Made by a program: the position numbers and the translations under genes. Below are positions 1 to 14,855 of a DNA stretch of 64,000 nucleotides, piece after piece (position 1 is the stretch's first letter; each line of letters begins with the position of its first letter). Below the pieces are notes generated by a model. It ran no database searches and was not told where the DNA came from. It was given only the letters and a program-made list of their open reading frames with translations. The stretch comes from Escherichia coli. Its GTDB lineage: Bacteria; Pseudomonadota; Gammaproteobacteria; Enterobacterales; Enterobacteriaceae. Where the stretch lies: NCBI RefSeq assembly GCF_003334785.1, contig NZ_QOWV01000003.1; one strand, written 5' to 3'.

Positions 1-66
1 GAGAGAAGATTTTCAGCCTGATACAGATTAAATCAGAACGCAGAAGCGGTCTGATAAAACAGAATT

Positions 67-186
67 TGCCTGGCGGCAGTAGCGCGGTGGTCCCACCTGA
101 CCCCATGCCGAACTCAGAAGTGAAACGCCGTAGCGCCGATGGTAGTGTGGGGTCTCCCCATGCGAGAGTAGGGAACTGCCAGGCAT
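67..186 (+). rRNA. rrfE: 5S ribosomal RNA, last gene of an rrn operon (window begins in the 23S-5S spacer)
   Basis: 120-nt sequence TGCCTGGCGGCAGTAGCGCGGTGG...GGGAACTGCCAGGCAT matches E. coli 5S rRNA; operon copy assigned as rrnE from the downstream gene order yjaA-yjaB-metA. Confidence 0.93.
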
Positions 187-195
187 CAAATTAGA

Positions 196-228
196 AAAAC
201 CCCGGTCCATAAGGCCGGGGTTTTTTGC
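196..228 (+). terminator. rrn operon intrinsic terminator
   Basis: GC-rich hairpin CCCCGGTCC-ATAA-GGCCGGGG followed by TTTTTT immediately after 5S rRNA. Confidence 0.8.
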
Positions 229-260
229 ATATCAATTATTTGCATGATGAAGGGAATCTC

Positions 261-644
261 ATGTCAGTTCTGTATATCCAAATTCGTCGTAATCAAATTA
301 CTGTTCGCGATCTTGAAAGCAAACGTGAAGTGTCAGGAGACGCTGCCTTCAGTAACCAGCGCCTGTTAATCGCCAATTTCTTTGTTGCAGAAAAAGTTCT
401 GCAAGATCTTGTTCTGCAACTCCACCCACGTTCAACCTGGCATTCTTTTTTGCCAGCAAAACGTATGGATATTGTTGTGAGCGCGCTGGAAATGAATGAG
501 GGCGGTTTGTCACAGGTTGAGGAACGCATTCTCCATGAAGTGGTCGCTGGGGCAACGTTAATGAAATATCGCCAGTTCCACATCCATGCGCAATCAGCGG
601 TACTCAGTGATAGTGCGGTCATGGCAATGCTTAAGCAGAAATAA
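261..644 (+). CDS. yjaA: uncharacterised stress-associated protein YjaA (127 aa)
   Basis: ORF 225..644 trimmed to internal ATG at 261 (product MSVLYIQIRRNQ...); recognised as E. coli YjaA. Confidence 0.9.
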   Translation: MSVLYIQIRRNQITVRDLESKREVSGDAAFSNQRLLIANFFVAEKVLQDLVLQLHPRSTWHSFLPAKRMDIVVSALEMNEGGLSQVEERILHEVVAGATLMKYRQFHIHAQSAVLSDSAVMAMLKQK

Positions 645-706
645 TCGTGTCACCATTGGTGGGTACTAAACCTGAAGTTCAGCCCACCGGGATGAGAAAA
701 AATCGC

Positions 707-1150
707 CTACGCCCCCACATACGCCAGATTCAGCAACGGATACGGTTTCCCCAAATCGTCCACCTCAGAGCGTCCCGTAACCTTAAAACCCACCTTCTTA
801 TAGAACCCAACCGCCTGCTCATTTTGCTCATTAACGTTGGTTGTCAGTTCCGGTGCCATCGAGAGCGCATGCTCCACCAGCACCCGACCTACGCCGCAGC
901 CGCGCACATCAGGATCGATAAACAGCGCATCCATATGCTGCCCACTTAGCAACATAAATCCAACCGGCTGATCCCGCTCATTAACCGCGACCCACAACGG
1001 CGCTTCCGGCAGGAAGGAACGAACTAGGTCCTCCAGCTCGGTCCGATACTCTGCTGATAGAAAATCGTGAGTGGCATCGACAGAACGACACCAAATCGCA
1101 ACGAGTTCCTCCCCTTCCTCATGCCGTGAGCGGCGAATACTAATAACCAT
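707..1150 (-). CDS. yjaB: GNAT-family N-acetyltransferase YjaB (147 aa)
   Basis: Complete 147-aa ORF; acetyltransferase-like motif (VGFMLLSG...RGCGVGRVL); recognised as YjaB. Confidence 0.92.
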   Translation of the reverse strand: MVISIRRSRHEEGEELVAIWCRSVDATHDFLSAEYRTELEDLVRSFLPEAPLWVAVNERDQPVGFMLLSGQHMDALFIDPDVRGCGVGRVLVEHALSMAPELTTNVNEQNEQAVGFYKKVGFKVTGRSEVDDLGKPYPLLNLAYVGA

Positions 1151-1263
1151 TTTCTCTCCTTTTAGTCATTCTTATATTCTAACGTAGTCTTTTCCTTGAA
1201 ACTTTCTCACCTTCAACATGCAGGCTCGACATTGGCAAATTTTCTGGTTATCTTCAGCTATCT

Positions 1264-1290
1264 GGATGTCTAAACGTATAAGCGTATGTA
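1264..1290 (+). promoter_or_regulatory. putative tandem MetJ boxes in the metA promoter region
   Basis: Tandem 8-bp units resembling the met-box consensus AGACGTCT (GGATGTCT AAACGTAT AAGCGTAT) about 20-45 bp upstream of metA start. Confidence 0.5.
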
Positions 1291-1306
1291 GTGAGGTAAT
1301 CAGGTT

Positions 1307-2236
1307 ATGCCGATTCGTGTGCCGGACGAGCTACCCGCCGTCAATTTCTTGCGTGAAGAAAACGTCTTTGTGATGACAACTTCTCGTGCGTCTGGTCAGG
1401 AAATTCGTCCACTTAAGGTTCTGATCCTTAACCTGATGCCGAAGAAGATTGAAACTGAAAATCAGTTTCTGCGCCTGCTTTCAAACTCACCTTTGCAGGT
1501 CGATATTCAGCTGTTGCGCATCGATTCCCGTGAATCGCGCAACACGCCCGCAGAGCATCTGAACAACTTCTACTGTAACTTTGAAGATATTCAGGATCAG
1601 AACTTTGACGGTTTGATTGTAACTGGTGCGCCGCTGGGCCTGGTGGAGTTTAATGATGTCGCTTACTGGCCGCAGATCAAACAGGTGCTGGAGTGGTCGA
1701 AAGATCACGTCACCTCGACGCTGTTTGTCTGCTGGGCGGTACAGGCCGCGCTCAATATCCTCTACGGCATTCCTAAGCAAACTCGCACCGACAAACTCTC
1801 TGGCGTTTACGAGCATCATATTCTCCATCCTCATGCGCTTCTGACGCGTGGCTTTGATGATTCATTCCTGGCACCGCATTCGCGCTATGCTGACTTTCCG
1901 GCAGCGTTGATTCGTGATTACACCGATCTGGAAATTCTGGCAGAGACGGAAGAAGGGGATGCATATCTGTTTGCCAGTAAAGATAAGCGCATTGCCTTTG
2001 TGACGGGCCATCCCGAATATGATGCGCAAACGCTGGCGCAGGAATTTTTCCGCGATGTGGAAGCCGGACTAGACCCGGATGTACCGTATAACTATTTCCC
2101 GCACAATGATCCGCAAAATACACCGCGAGCGAGCTGGCGTAGTCACGGTAATTTACTGTTTACCAACTGGCTCAACTATTACGTCTACCAGATCACGCCA
2201 TACGATCTACGGCACATGAATCCAACGCTGGATTAA
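1307..2236 (+). CDS. metA: homoserine O-succinyltransferase (309 aa)
   Basis: Full-length [50 protein letters not shown]... recognised as E. coli MetA. Confidence 0.97.
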   Translation: MPIRVPDELPAVNFLREENVFVMTTSRASGQEIRPLKVLILNLMPKKIETENQFLRLLSNSPLQVDIQLLRIDSRESRNTPAEHLNNFYCNFEDIQDQNFDGLIVTGAPLGLVEFNDVAYWPQIKQVLEWSKDHVTSTLFVCWAVQAALNILYGIPKQTRTDKLSGVYEHHILHPHALLTRGFDDSFLAPHSRYADFPAALIRDYTDLEILAETEEGDAYLFASKDKRIAFVTGHPEYDAQTLAQEFFRDVEAGLDPDVPYNYFPHNDPQNTPRASWRSHGNLLFTNWLNYYVYQITPYDLRHMNPTLD

Positions 2237-2280
2237 TCTTCTGTGATAGTCGATCGTTAAGCGATTCAGCACCTTACCTC

Positions 2281-2305
2281 AGGCACCTTCGGGTGCCTTT
2301 TTTAT
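2281..2305 (+). terminator. metA intrinsic terminator
   Basis: Hairpin AGGCACC-TTCG-GGTGCCT followed by TTTTTTAT. Confidence 0.85.
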
Positions 2306-2383
2306 TTCCGAAACGTACCTCAGCAGGTGAATAAATTTTATTCATATTGTTATCAACAAGTTATCAAGTATTTTTAATTAAAA

Positions 2384-2399
2384 TGGAAATTGTTTTTGA
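2384..2399 (+). promoter_or_regulatory. putative IclR operator in the aceBAK promoter region
   Basis: TGGAAATTGTTTTTGA resembles the IclR half-site TGGAAA in the AT-rich region about 110 bp upstream of aceB; exact operator bounds not verifiable here. Confidence 0.4.
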
Positions 2400-2504
2400 T
2401 TTTGCATTTTAAATGAGTAGTCTTAGTTGTGCTGAACGAAAAGAGCACAACGATCCTTCGTTCACAGTGGGGAAGTTTTCGGATCCATGACGAGGAGCTG
2501 CACG

Positions 2505-4106
2505 ATGACTGAACAGGCAACAACAACCGATGAACTGGCTTTCACAAGGCCGTATGGCGAGCAGGAGAAGCAAATTCTTACTGCCGAAGCGGTAGAATTT
2601 CTGACTGAGCTGGTGACGCATTTTACGCCACAACGCAATAAACTTCTGGCAGCGCGCATTCAGCAGCAGCAAGATATTGATAACGGAACGTTGCCTGATT
2701 TTATTTCGGAAACAGCTTCCATTCGCGATGCTGATTGGAAAATTCGCGGGATTCCTGCGGACTTAGAAGACCGCCGCGTAGAGATAACTGGCCCGGTAGA
2801 GCGCAAGATGGTGATCAACGCGCTCAACGCCAATGTGAAAGTCTTTATGGCCGATTTCGAAGATTCACTGGCACCAGACTGGAACAAAGTGATCGACGGG
2901 CAAATTAACCTGCGTGATGCGGTTAACGGCACCATCAGTTACACCAATGAAGCAGGCAAAATTTACCAGCTCAAGCCCAATCCAGCGGTTTTGATTTGTC
3001 GGGTACGCGGTCTGCACTTGCCGGAAAAACATGTCACCTGGCGTGGTGAGGCAATCCCCGGCAGCCTGTTTGATTTTGCGCTCTATTTCTTCCACAACTA
3101 TCAGGCACTGTTGGCAAAGGGCAGTGGTCCCTATTTCTATCTGCCGAAAACCCAGTCCTGGCAGGAAGCGGCCTGGTGGAGCGAAGTCTTCAGCTATGCA
3201 GAAGATCGCTTTAATCTGCCGCGCGGCACCATCAAGGCGACGTTGCTGATTGAAACGCTGCCCGCCGTGTTCCAGATGGATGAAATCCTTCACGCGCTGC
3301 GTGACCATATTGTTGGTCTGAACTGCGGTCGTTGGGATTACATCTTCAGCTATATCAAAACGTTGAAAAACTATCCCGATCGCGTCCTGCCAGACAGACA
3401 GGCAGTGACGATGGATAAACCATTCCTGAATGCTTACTCACGCCTGTTGATTAAAACCTGCCATAAACGCGGTGCTTTTGCGATGGGCGGCATGGCGGCG
3501 TTTATTCCGAGCAAAGATGAAGAGCACAATAACCAGGTGCTCAACAAAGTAAAAGCGGATAAATCGCTGGAAGCCAATAACGGTCACGATGGCACATGGA
3601 TCGCTCACCCAGGCCTTGCGGACACGGCAATGGCGGTATTCAACGACATTCTCGGCTCCCGTAAAAATCAGCTTGAAGTGATGCGCGAACAAGACGCGCC
3701 GATTACTGCCGATCAGCTGCTGGCACCTTGTGATGGTGAACGCACCGAAGAAGGTATGCGCGCCAACATTCGCGTGGCTGTGCAGTACATCGAAGCGTGG
3801 ATCTCTGGCAACGGCTGTGTGCCGATTTATGGCCTGATGGAAGATGCGGCGACGGCTGAAATTTCCCGTACCTCGATCTGGCAGTGGATCCATCATCAAA
3901 AAACGTTGAGCAATGGCAAACCGGTGACCAAAGCCTTGTTCCGCCAGATGCTGGGCGAAGAGATGAAAGTCATTGCCAGCGAACTGGGCGAAGAACGTTT
4001 CTCCCAGGGGCGTTTTGACGATGCCGCACGCTTGATGGAACAGATCACCACTTCCGATGAGTTAATTGATTTCCTGACCCTGCCAGGCTACCGCCTGTTA
4101 GCGTAA
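2505..4106 (+). CDS. aceB: malate synthase A (533 aa)
   Basis: ORF 2487..4106 trimmed to ATG 2505 preceded by GAGGAG; product [33 protein letters not shown]... matches AceB. Confidence 0.97.
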   Translation: MTEQATTTDELAFTRPYGEQEKQILTAEAVEFLTELVTHFTPQRNKLLAARIQQQQDIDNGTLPDFISETASIRDADWKIRGIPADLEDRRVEITGPVERKMVINALNANVKVFMADFEDSLAPDWNKVIDGQINLRDAVNGTISYTNEAGKIYQLKPNPAVLICRVRGLHLPEKHVTWRGEAIPGSLFDFALYFFHNYQALLAKGSGPYFYLPKTQSWQEAAWWSEVFSYAEDRFNLPRGTIKATLLIETLPAVFQMDEILHALRDHIVGLNCGRWDYIFSYIKTLKNYPDRVLPDRQAVTMDKPFLNAYSRLLIKTCHKRGAFAMGGMAAFIPSKDEEHNNQVLNKVKADKSLEANNGHDGTWIAHPGLADTAMAVFNDILGSRKNQLEVMREQDAPITADQLLAPCDGERTEEGMRANIRVAVQYIEAWISGNGCVPIYGLMEDAATAEISRTSIWQWIHHQKTLSNGKPVTKALFRQMLGEEMKVIASELGEERFSQGRFDDAARLMEQITTSDELIDFLTLPGYRLLA

Positions 4107-4135
4107 ACCACCACATAACTATGGAGCATCTGCAC

Positions 4136-5440
4136 ATGAAAACCCGTACACAACAAATTGAAGAATTACAGAAAGAGTGGACTCAACCGCGTTGGGAAGG
4201 CATTACTCGCCCATACAGTGCGGAAGATGTGGTGAAATTACGCGGTTCAGTCAATCCTGAATGCACGCTGGCGCAACTGGGCGCAGCGAAAATGTGGCGT
4301 CTGCTGCACGGTGAGTCGAAAAAAGGCTACATCAACAGCCTCGGCGCACTGACTGGCGGTCAGGCGCTGCAACAGGCGAAAGCGGGTATTGAAGCAGTCT
4401 ATCTGTCGGGATGGCAGGTAGCGGCGGACGCTAACCTGGCGGCCAGCATGTATCCGGATCAGTCGCTCTATCCGGCAAACTCGGTGCCAGCTGTGGTGGA
4501 GCGGATCAACAACACCTTCCGTCGTGCCGATCAGATCCAATGGTCCGCGGGCATTGAGCCGGGCGATCCGCGCTATGTCGATTACTTCCTGCCGATCGTT
4601 GCCGATGCGGAAGCCGGTTTTGGCGGTGTCCTGAATGCCTTTGAACTGATGAAAGCGATGATTGAAGCCGGTGCAGCGGCAGTTCACTTCGAAGATCAGC
4701 TGGCGTCAGTGAAGAAATGCGGTCACATGGGCGGCAAAGTTTTAGTGCCAACTCAGGAAGCTATTCAGAAACTGGTCGCGGCGCGTCTGGCAGCTGACGT
4801 GACGGGCGTTCCAACCCTGCTGGTTGCCCGTACCGATGCTGATGCGGCGGATCTGATCACCTCCGATTGCGACCCGTATGACAGCGAATTTATTACCGGC
4901 GAGCGTACCAGTGAAGGCTTCTTCCGTACTCATGCGGGCATTGAGCAAGCGATCAGCCGTGGCCTGGCGTATGCGCCATATGCTGACCTGGTCTGGTGTG
5001 AAACCTCCACGCCGGATCTGGAACTGGCGCGTCGCTTTGCACAAGCTATCCACGCGAAATATCCGGGCAAACTGCTGGCTTATAACTGCTCGCCGTCGTT
5101 CAACTGGCAGAAAAACCTCGACGACAAAACTATTGCCAGCTTCCAGCAGCAGCTGTCGGATATGGGCTACAAGTTCCAGTTCATCACCCTGGCAGGTATC
5201 CACAGCATGTGGTTCAACATGTTTGACCTGGCAAACGCCTATGCCCAGGGCGAGGGTATGAAGCACTACGTTGAGAAAGTGCAGCAGCCGGAATTTGCCG
5301 CCGCGAAAGATGGCTATACCTTCGTATCTCACCAGCAGGAAGTGGGTACAGGTTACTTCGATAAAGTGACGACTATTATTCAGGGCGGCACGTCTTCAGT
5401 CACCGCGCTGACCGGCTCCACTGAAGAATCGCAGTTCTAA
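4136..5440 (+). CDS. aceA: isocitrate lyase (434 aa)
   Basis: ORF 4121..5440 trimmed to ATG 4136 with GGAG upstream; product [22 protein letters not shown]... matches AceA. Confidence 0.97.
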   Translation: MKTRTQQIEELQKEWTQPRWEGITRPYSAEDVVKLRGSVNPECTLAQLGAAKMWRLLHGESKKGYINSLGALTGGQALQQAKAGIEAVYLSGWQVAADANLAASMYPDQSLYPANSVPAVVERINNTFRRADQIQWSAGIEPGDPRYVDYFLPIVADAEAGFGGVLNAFELMKAMIEAGAAAVHFEDQLASVKKCGHMGGKVLVPTQEAIQKLVAARLAADVTGVPTLLVARTDADAADLITSDCDPYDSEFITGERTSEGFFRTHAGIEQAISRGLAYAPYADLVWCETSTPDLELARRFAQAIHAKYPGKLLAYNCSPSFNWQKNLDDKTIASFQQQLSDMGYKFQFITLAGIHSMWFNMFDLANAYAQGEGMKHYVEKVQQPEFAAAKDGYTFVSHQQEVGTGYFDKVTTIIQGGTSSVTALTGSTEESQF

Positions 5441-5446
5441 GCAACA

Positions 5447-5695
5447 ACAACCGTTGCTGACTGTAGGCCGGATAAGGCGTTCACGCCGCATCCGGCAATC
5501 GGTGCACGATGCCTGATGCGACGCTTGCGCGTCTTATCATGCCTACAGCCGTTGCCGAACGTAGGCCGGATAAGGCATTTACGCCGCATCCGGCAATCGG
5601 TGCACGATGCCTGATGCGACGCTTGCGCGTCTTATCATGCCTACAACCGTTGCCGAACGTAGGCTGGATAAGGCGTTTACGCCGCATCCGGCAAT
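5447..5695. repeat. REP/BIME cluster: about 2.5 tandem copies of a ~100-bp unit in the aceA-aceK spacer
   Basis: Repeated units CCGTTGC(T/C)GA(C/A)(T/C)GTAGGCCGGATAAGGC(G/A)TT(C/T)ACGCCGCATCCGGCAATCGGTGCACGATGCCTGATGCGACGCTTGCGCGTCTTATCATGCCTACA read directly. Confidence 0.93.
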
Positions 5696-5720
5696 TCTCT
5701 GCTCCTGATGAGGGCGCTAA

Positions 5721-9612
<3,892 letters not shown>

Positions 9613-9928
9613 TTAAATATCTCATTGTTTATTGATGTCTTGAATTTTAACTATCAGAACAGTGAAAAAATTTAATATGATTACAACTAAATAAATATCA
9701 TAAATCGCTCAATCTCATAATGCAGCCGTAAAAGTTTCGGTGGAATGAGATCTTGCGATTTTGTTAATAATTAAGTGGTTTGATGTTTAAAAATAATGCT
9801 GAGTTAATAAAAGTGTGTGAAGTGTATGACATTAAGTTATTTTGGCGTCAATGCGATTAACAGACACCCTTATTCTATTGCCACTCAGGTATGATGGGCA
9901 GAATATTGCCTCTGCCCGCCAGAAAAAG

Positions 9929-10753
9929 TCAGCGCATTCCACCGTACGCCAGCGTCACTTCCTTCGCCGCTTTAATCACCATCGCGCCAAACTCGGTCAC
10001 GCGGTCATCGGTAATACGTGAAATCGGTCCGGAAATAGAAATTGCGGCAAACGGTTCACGGTGCTCATCGAAAATACACGCTGCAAGGCAACGTAGCCCC
10101 AGTGCATGTTCCTCATCGTCAAATGAATAACCCCGTTTGCGCGTTTGGGCGAGATCTTCTTTTAAATGCACAGGAGACACCAGCGTTGCGTGGGTATAGG
10201 CATGTAACCCTTTGCGGTGCAGCAGCTTCGTCACCTGTTCTTCGCTCAGTTGGGCTAAAAAGGCTTTACCCGCACCGGAAGCGTGCATCGGCAATTTACC
10301 GCCGATAGGCGCGGACATTCGCATCAGATGCGTACACTGTACCTGGTCGATAATAATCGCTTCGTGATCGCTTTGATCAAGCACCGCCATATTGACCGTT
10401 TCGCCAGACTCTTCCATTAGATTGCGCAGGATAGGGTGAACAATCGCTAACAAATTACGGCTCTGGAGAAAGCTGCTGCCGACCATAAAGGCATGTGCGC
10501 CGATTGCCCAATGTCCCAGTTCGCCAACCTGACGCACGAAACCCTGCTGTTGCATCGTGGTTAGCAGGCGGTGGGTCGTGGAATTGGGTAACCCGGCTTG
10601 TTGCGCCAGTTCCGTGAGTGCCACACTGCCATTGGATTCGGCAATCCACTCCAGTAATTTCAGGCCACGCGTTAAAGACTGAACCTGTCCAGTCGCTGGT
10701 GCGGTGGCAACGGCGGGTTTTCTGCCGCGTTTCGCGGGAATGGGTGCGACCAT
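9929..10753 (-). CDS. iclR: glyoxylate-shunt transcriptional repressor IclR (274 aa)
   Basis: ORF 9929..10792 trimmed to internal ATG (MVAPIPAKRGRKPAVATAPATGQVQSLTRGLKLLEW...) with AGGAG Shine-Dalgarno; recognised as IclR. Confidence 0.95.
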   Translation of the reverse strand: MVAPIPAKRGRKPAVATAPATGQVQSLTRGLKLLEWIAESNGSVALTELAQQAGLPNSTTHRLLTTMQQQGFVRQVGELGHWAIGAHAFMVGSSFLQSRNLLAIVHPILRNLMEESGETVNMAVLDQSDHEAIIIDQVQCTHLMRMSAPIGGKLPMHASGAGKAFLAQLSEEQVTKLLHRKGLHAYTHATLVSPVHLKEDLAQTRKRGYSFDDEEHALGLRCLAACIFDEHREPFAAISISGPISRITDDRVTEFGAMVIKAAKEVTLAYGGMR

Positions 10754-10776
10754 GACAGTCTCCTTTTTCTGTATCG

Positions 10777-10791
10777 TGGAAATCATTTTCA
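10777..10791 (-). promoter_or_regulatory. putative IclR autoregulatory operator in the iclR promoter
   Basis: Near-palindrome TGGAAATCATTTTCA 24-38 bp upstream of the iclR start codon. Confidence 0.5.
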
Positions 10792-10952
10792 TTTTTATTG
10801 TTAGCTAATGCAATAGTTACTGAACTGATCCGATGAGTTAATGTTGAACAAATCTCATGTTGCGTGGTGGTCGCTTTTACCACAGATGCGTTTATGCCAG
10901 TATGGTTTGTTGAATTTTTATTAAATCTGGGTTGAGCGTGTCGGGAGCAAGT

Positions 10953-13900
10953 GTGAGCAGCAAAGTGGAACAACTGCGTGCGCAGTTAAATGAACGTATT
11001 CTGGTGCTGGACGGCGGTATGGGCACCATGATCCAGAGTTATCGACTGAACGAAGCCGATTTTCGTGGTGAACGCTTTGCCGACTGGCCATGCGACCTCA
11101 AAGGCAACAACGACCTGCTGGTACTCAGTAAACCGGAAGTGATCGCCGCTATCCACAACGCCTACTTTGAAGCGGGCGCGGATATCATCGAAACCAACAC
11201 CTTCAACTCCACGACCATTGCGATGGCGGATTACCAGATGGAATCCCTGTCGGCGGAAATCAACTTTGCGGCGGCGAAACTGGCGCGAGCTTGTGCTGAC
11301 GAGTGGACCGCGCGCACGCCAGAGAAACCGCGCTACGTTGCCGGTGTTCTCGGCCCGACCAACCGCACGGCGTCTATTTCTCCGGACGTCAACGATCCGG
11401 CATTTCGTAATATCACTTTTGACGGGCTGGTGGCGGCTTATCGAGAGTCCACCAAAGCGCTGGTGGAAGGTGGCGCGGATCTGATCCTGATTGAAACCGT
11501 TTTCGACACCCTTAACGCCAAAGCGGCGGTATTTGCGGTGAAAACGGAGTTTGAAGCGCTGGGCGTTGAGCTGCCGATTATGATCTCCGGCACCATCACC
11601 GACGCCTCCGGGCGCACGCTCTCCGGGCAGACCACCGAAGCATTTTACAACTCATTGCGCCACGCCGAAGCTCTGACCTTTGGCCTGAACTGTGCGCTGG
11701 GGCCCGATGAACTGCGCCAGTACGTGCAGGAGCTGTCACGGATTGCGGAATGCTACGTCACCGCGCACCCGAACGCCGGGCTACCCAACGCCTTTGGTGA
11801 GTACGATCTCGACGCCGACACGATGGCAAAACAGATACGTGAATGGGCGCAAGCGGGTTTTCTCAATATCGTCGGCGGCTGCTGTGGCACCACGCCACAA
11901 CATATTGCAGCGATGAGTCGTGCAGTAGAAGGATTAGCGCCGCGCAAACTGCCGGAAATTCCCGTAGCCTGCCGTTTGTCCGGCCTGGAGCCGCTGAACA
12001 TTGGCGAAGATAGCCTGTTTGTGAACGTGGGTGAACGCACCAACGTCACCGGTTCCGCTAAGTTCAAGCGCCTGATCAAAGAAGAGAAATACAGCGAGGC
12101 GCTGGATGTCGCGCGTCAACAGGTGGAAAACGGCGCGCAGATTATCGATATCAACATGGATGAAGGGATGCTCGATGCCGAAGCGGCGATGGTGCGTTTT
12201 CTCAATCTGATTGCCGGTGAACCGGATATCGCTCGCGTGCCGATTATGATCGACTCCTCAAAATGGGACGTCATTGAAAAAGGTCTGAAGTGTATCCAGG
12301 GCAAAGGCATTGTTAACTCTATCTCGATGAAAGAGGGCGTCGATGCCTTTATCCATCACGCGAAATTGTTGCGTCGCTACGGTGCGGCAGTGGTGGTAAT
12401 GGCCTTTGACGAACAGGGACAGGCCGATACTCGCGCACGGAAAATCGAGATTTGCCGTCGGGCGTACAAAATCCTCACCGAAGAGGTTGGCTTCCCGCCA
12501 GAAGATATCATCTTCGACCCAAACATCTTCGCGGTCGCAACTGGCATTGAAGAGCACAACAACTACGCGCAGGACTTTATCGGCGCGTGTGAAGACATCA
12601 AACGCGAACTGCCGCACGCGCTGATTTCCGGCGGCGTATCTAACGTTTCTTTCTCGTTCCGTGGCAACGATCCGGTGCGCGAAGCCATTCACGCAGTGTT
12701 CCTCTACTACGCTATTCGCAATGGCATGGATATGGGGATCGTCAACGCCGGGCAACTGGCGATTTACGACGACCTACCCGCTGAACTGCGCGACGCGGTG
12801 GAAGATGTGATTCTTAATCGTCGCGACGATGGCACCGAGCGTTTACTGGAGCTTGCCGAGAAATATCGCGGCAGCAAAACCGACGACACCGCCAACGCCC
12901 AGCAGGCGGAGTGGCGCTCGTGGGAAGTGAATAAACGTCTGGAATACTCGCTGGTCAAAGGCATTACCGAGTTTATCGAGCAGGATACCGAAGAAGCCCG
13001 CCAGCAGGCTACGCGCCCGATTGAAGTGATTGAAGGCCCGTTGATGGACGGCATGAATGTGGTCGGCGACCTGTTTGGCGAAGGGAAAATGTTCCTGCCA
13101 CAGGTGGTCAAATCGGCGCGCGTCATGAAACAGGCGGTGGCCTACCTCGAACCGTTTATTGAAGCCAGCAAAGAGCAGGGCAAAACCAACGGCAAGATGG
13201 TGATCGCCACCGTGAAGGGCGACGTCCACGACATCGGTAAAAATATCGTTGGTGTGGTGCTGCAATGTAACAACTACGAAATTGTCGATCTCGGCGTTAT
13301 GGTGCCTGCGGAAAAAATTCTCCGTACCGCTAAAGAAGTGAATGCTGATCTGATTGGCCTTTCGGGGCTTATCACGCCGTCGCTGGACGAGATGGTTAAC
13401 GTGGCGAAAGAGATGGAGCGTCAGGGCTTCACTATTCCGTTACTGATTGGCGGCGCGACGACCTCAAAAGCGCACACGGCGGTGAAAATCGAGCAGAACT
13501 ACAGCGGCCCGACGGTGTATGTGCAGAATGCCTCGCGTACCGTTGGTGTGGTGGCGGCGCTGCTTTCCGATACCCAGCGTGATGATTTTGTCGCTCGTAC
13601 CCGCAAGGAGTACGAAACCGTACGTATTCAGCACGGGCGCAAGAAACCGCGCACACCACCGGTCACGCTGGAAGCGGCGCGCGATAACGATTTCGCTTTT
13701 GACTGGCAGGCTTACACGCCGCCGGTGGCGCACCGTCTCGGCGTGCAGGAAGTCGAAGCCAGCATCGAAACGCTGCGTAATTACATCGACTGGACACCGT
13801 TCTTTATGACCTGGTCGCTGGCCGGGAAGTATCCGCGCATTCTGGAAGATGAAGTGGTGGGCGTTGAGGCGCAGCGGCTGTTTAAAGACGCCAACGACAT

Positions 13901-14636
13901 GCTGGATAAATTAAGCGCCGAGAAAACGCTGAATCCGCGTGGCGTGGTGGGCCTGTTCCCGGCAAACCGTGTGGGCGATGACATTGAAATCTACCGTGAC
14001 GAAACGCGTACCCATGTGATCAACGTCAGCCACCATCTGCGTCAACAGACCGAAAAAACAGGCTTCGCTAACTACTGTCTCGCTGACTTCGTTGCGCCGA
14101 AGCTTTCTGGTAAAGCAGATTACATCGGCGCATTTGCCGTGACTGGCGGGCTGGAAGAGGACGCACTGGCTGATGCCTTTGAAGCGCAGCACGATGATTA
14201 CAACAAAATCATGGTGAAAGCGCTTGCCGACCGTTTAGCCGAAGCCTTTGCGGAGTATCTCCATGAGCGTGTGCGTAAAGTCTACTGGGGCTATGCGCCG
14301 AACGAGAACCTCAGCAACGAAGAGCTGATCCGCGAAAACTACCAGGGCATCCGTCCGGCACCGGGCTATCCGGCCTGCCCGGAACATACGGAAAAAGCCA
14401 CCATCTGGGAGCTGCTGGAAGTGGAAAAACATACTGGCATGAAACTCACAGAATCTTTCGCCATGTGGCCCGGTGCATCGGTTTCGGGTTGGTACTTCAG
14501 CCACCCGGACAGCAAGTACTACGCTGTAGCACAAATTCAGCGCGATCAGGTTGAAGATTATGCCCGCCGTAAAGGTATGAGCGTTACCGAAGTTGAGCGC
14601 TGGCTGGCACCGAATCTGGGGTATGACGCGGACTGA
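10953..14636 (+). CDS. metH: cobalamin-dependent methionine synthase (1227 aa)
   Basis: ORF 10932..14636; start set at GTG 10953 preceded by GGGAG, giving [28 protein letters not shown]...; recognised as MetH. Confidence 0.96.
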   Translation: MSSKVEQLRAQLNERILVLDGGMGTMIQSYRLNEADFRGERFADWPCDLKGNNDLLVLSKPEVIAAIHNAYFEAGADIIETNTFNSTTIAMADYQMESLSAEINFAAAKLARACADEWTARTPEKPRYVAGVLGPTNRTASISPDVNDPAFRNITFDGLVAAYRESTKALVEGGADLILIETVFDTLNAKAAVFAVKTEFEALGVELPIMISGTITDASGRTLSGQTTEAFYNSLRHAEALTFGLNCALGPDELRQYVQELSRIAECYVTAHPNAGLPNAFGEYDLDADTMAKQIREWAQAGFLNIVGGCCGTTPQHIAAMSRAVEGLAPRKLPEIPVACRLSGLEPLNIGEDSLFVNVGERTNVTGSAKFKRLIKEEKYSEALDVARQQVENGAQIIDINMDEGMLDAEAAMVRFLNLIAGEPDIARVPIMIDSSKWDVIEKGLKCIQGKGIVNSISMKEGVDAFIHHAKLLRRYGAAVVVMAFDEQGQADTRARKIEICRRAYKILTEEVGFPPEDIIFDPNIFAVATGIEEHNNYAQDFIGACEDIKRELPHALISGGVSNVSFSFRGNDPVREAIHAVFLYYAIRNGMDMGIVNAGQLAIYDDLPAELRDAVEDVILNRRDDGTERLLELAEKYRGSKTDDTANAQQAEWRSWEVNKRLEYSLVKGITEFIEQDTEEARQQATRPIEVIEGPLMDGMNVVGDLFGEGKMFLPQVVKSARVMKQAVAYLEPFIEASKEQGKTNGKMVIATVKGDVHDIGKNIVGVVLQCNNYEIVDLGVMVPAEKILRTAKEVNADLIGLSGLITPSLDEMVNVAKEMERQGFTIPLLIGGATTSKAHTAVKIEQNYSGPTVYVQNASRTVGVVAALLSDTQRDDFVARTRKEYETVRIQHGRKKPRTPPVTLEAARDNDFAFDWQAYTPPVAHRLGVQEVEASIETLRNYIDWTPFFMTWSLAGKYPRILEDEVVGVEAQRLFKDANDMLDKLSAEKTLNPRGVVGLFPANRVGDDIEIYRDETRTHVINVSHHLRQQTEKTGFANYCLADFVAPKLSGKADYIGAFAVTGGLEEDALADAFEAQHDDYNKIMVKALADRLAEAFAEYLHERVRKVYWGYAPNENLSNEELIRENYQGIRPAPGYPACPEHTEKATIWELLEVEKHTGMKLTESFAMWPGASVSGWYFSHPDSKYYAVAQIQRDQVEDYARRKGMSVTEVERWLAPNLGYDAD

Positions 14637-14669
14637 TTCACAAATCTGTCACTTTTCCTTACAACAAAC

Positions 14670-14700
14670 AGGGCGCTCAATGAGTGCCCTGTCTCTTTAT
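14670..14700 (+). terminator. metH intrinsic terminator
   Basis: Hairpin CAGGGCGCTC-AATGA-GTGCCCTG followed by T-rich tract TCTCTTTATT. Confidence 0.7.
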
Positions 14701-14855
14701 TAATATGAAACACTTATACTGGAAACAGGCTGGAATAATCTTAGCCGGAAAAACGAATGTCAAAAGGCACAGTAAAGATGCCAGTCAGCGTGTTTCCGGT
14801 CCTTTGGTCATTCAATTGCTTCAGGAACATATAACGATAAGGAGAACCTGAACTC

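Noticed and set aside
1487-2123. Antisense and alternative-frame ORFs inside metA (1487..1834 -, 1626..1844 +, 1773..2123 -) and similar shadow ORFs inside aceB, aceA, metH, lysC, pgi, yjbH, xylE, malF, malE, malK, lamB, plsB, dnaB, alr and uvrA
   Set aside because: They lie wholly within strongly supported genes on the opposite strand or in another frame, lack start context, and are typical of GC-rich coding DNA.
2487-2504. N-terminal extensions in the ORF track (aceB, aceA, iclR, malF, malK, malM, ubiC, plsB, yjbJ, zur, pspG, qor, aphA, ssb, yjcB, yjbS, pgi, yjbG)
   Set aside because: Internal start codons preceded by Shine-Dalgarno sequences reproduce the known mature N-termini; the upstream in-frame sequence is promoter or leader DNA.
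5447-5695. Repeat-spacer-like periodicity (possible CRISPR array)
   Set aside because: The repeats are ~100-bp BIME units built from REP palindromes (GCCGGATAAGGCG...GCCTGATGCGACGC), with no unique spacers of regular length and no cas genes; the same applies to the other REP loci.
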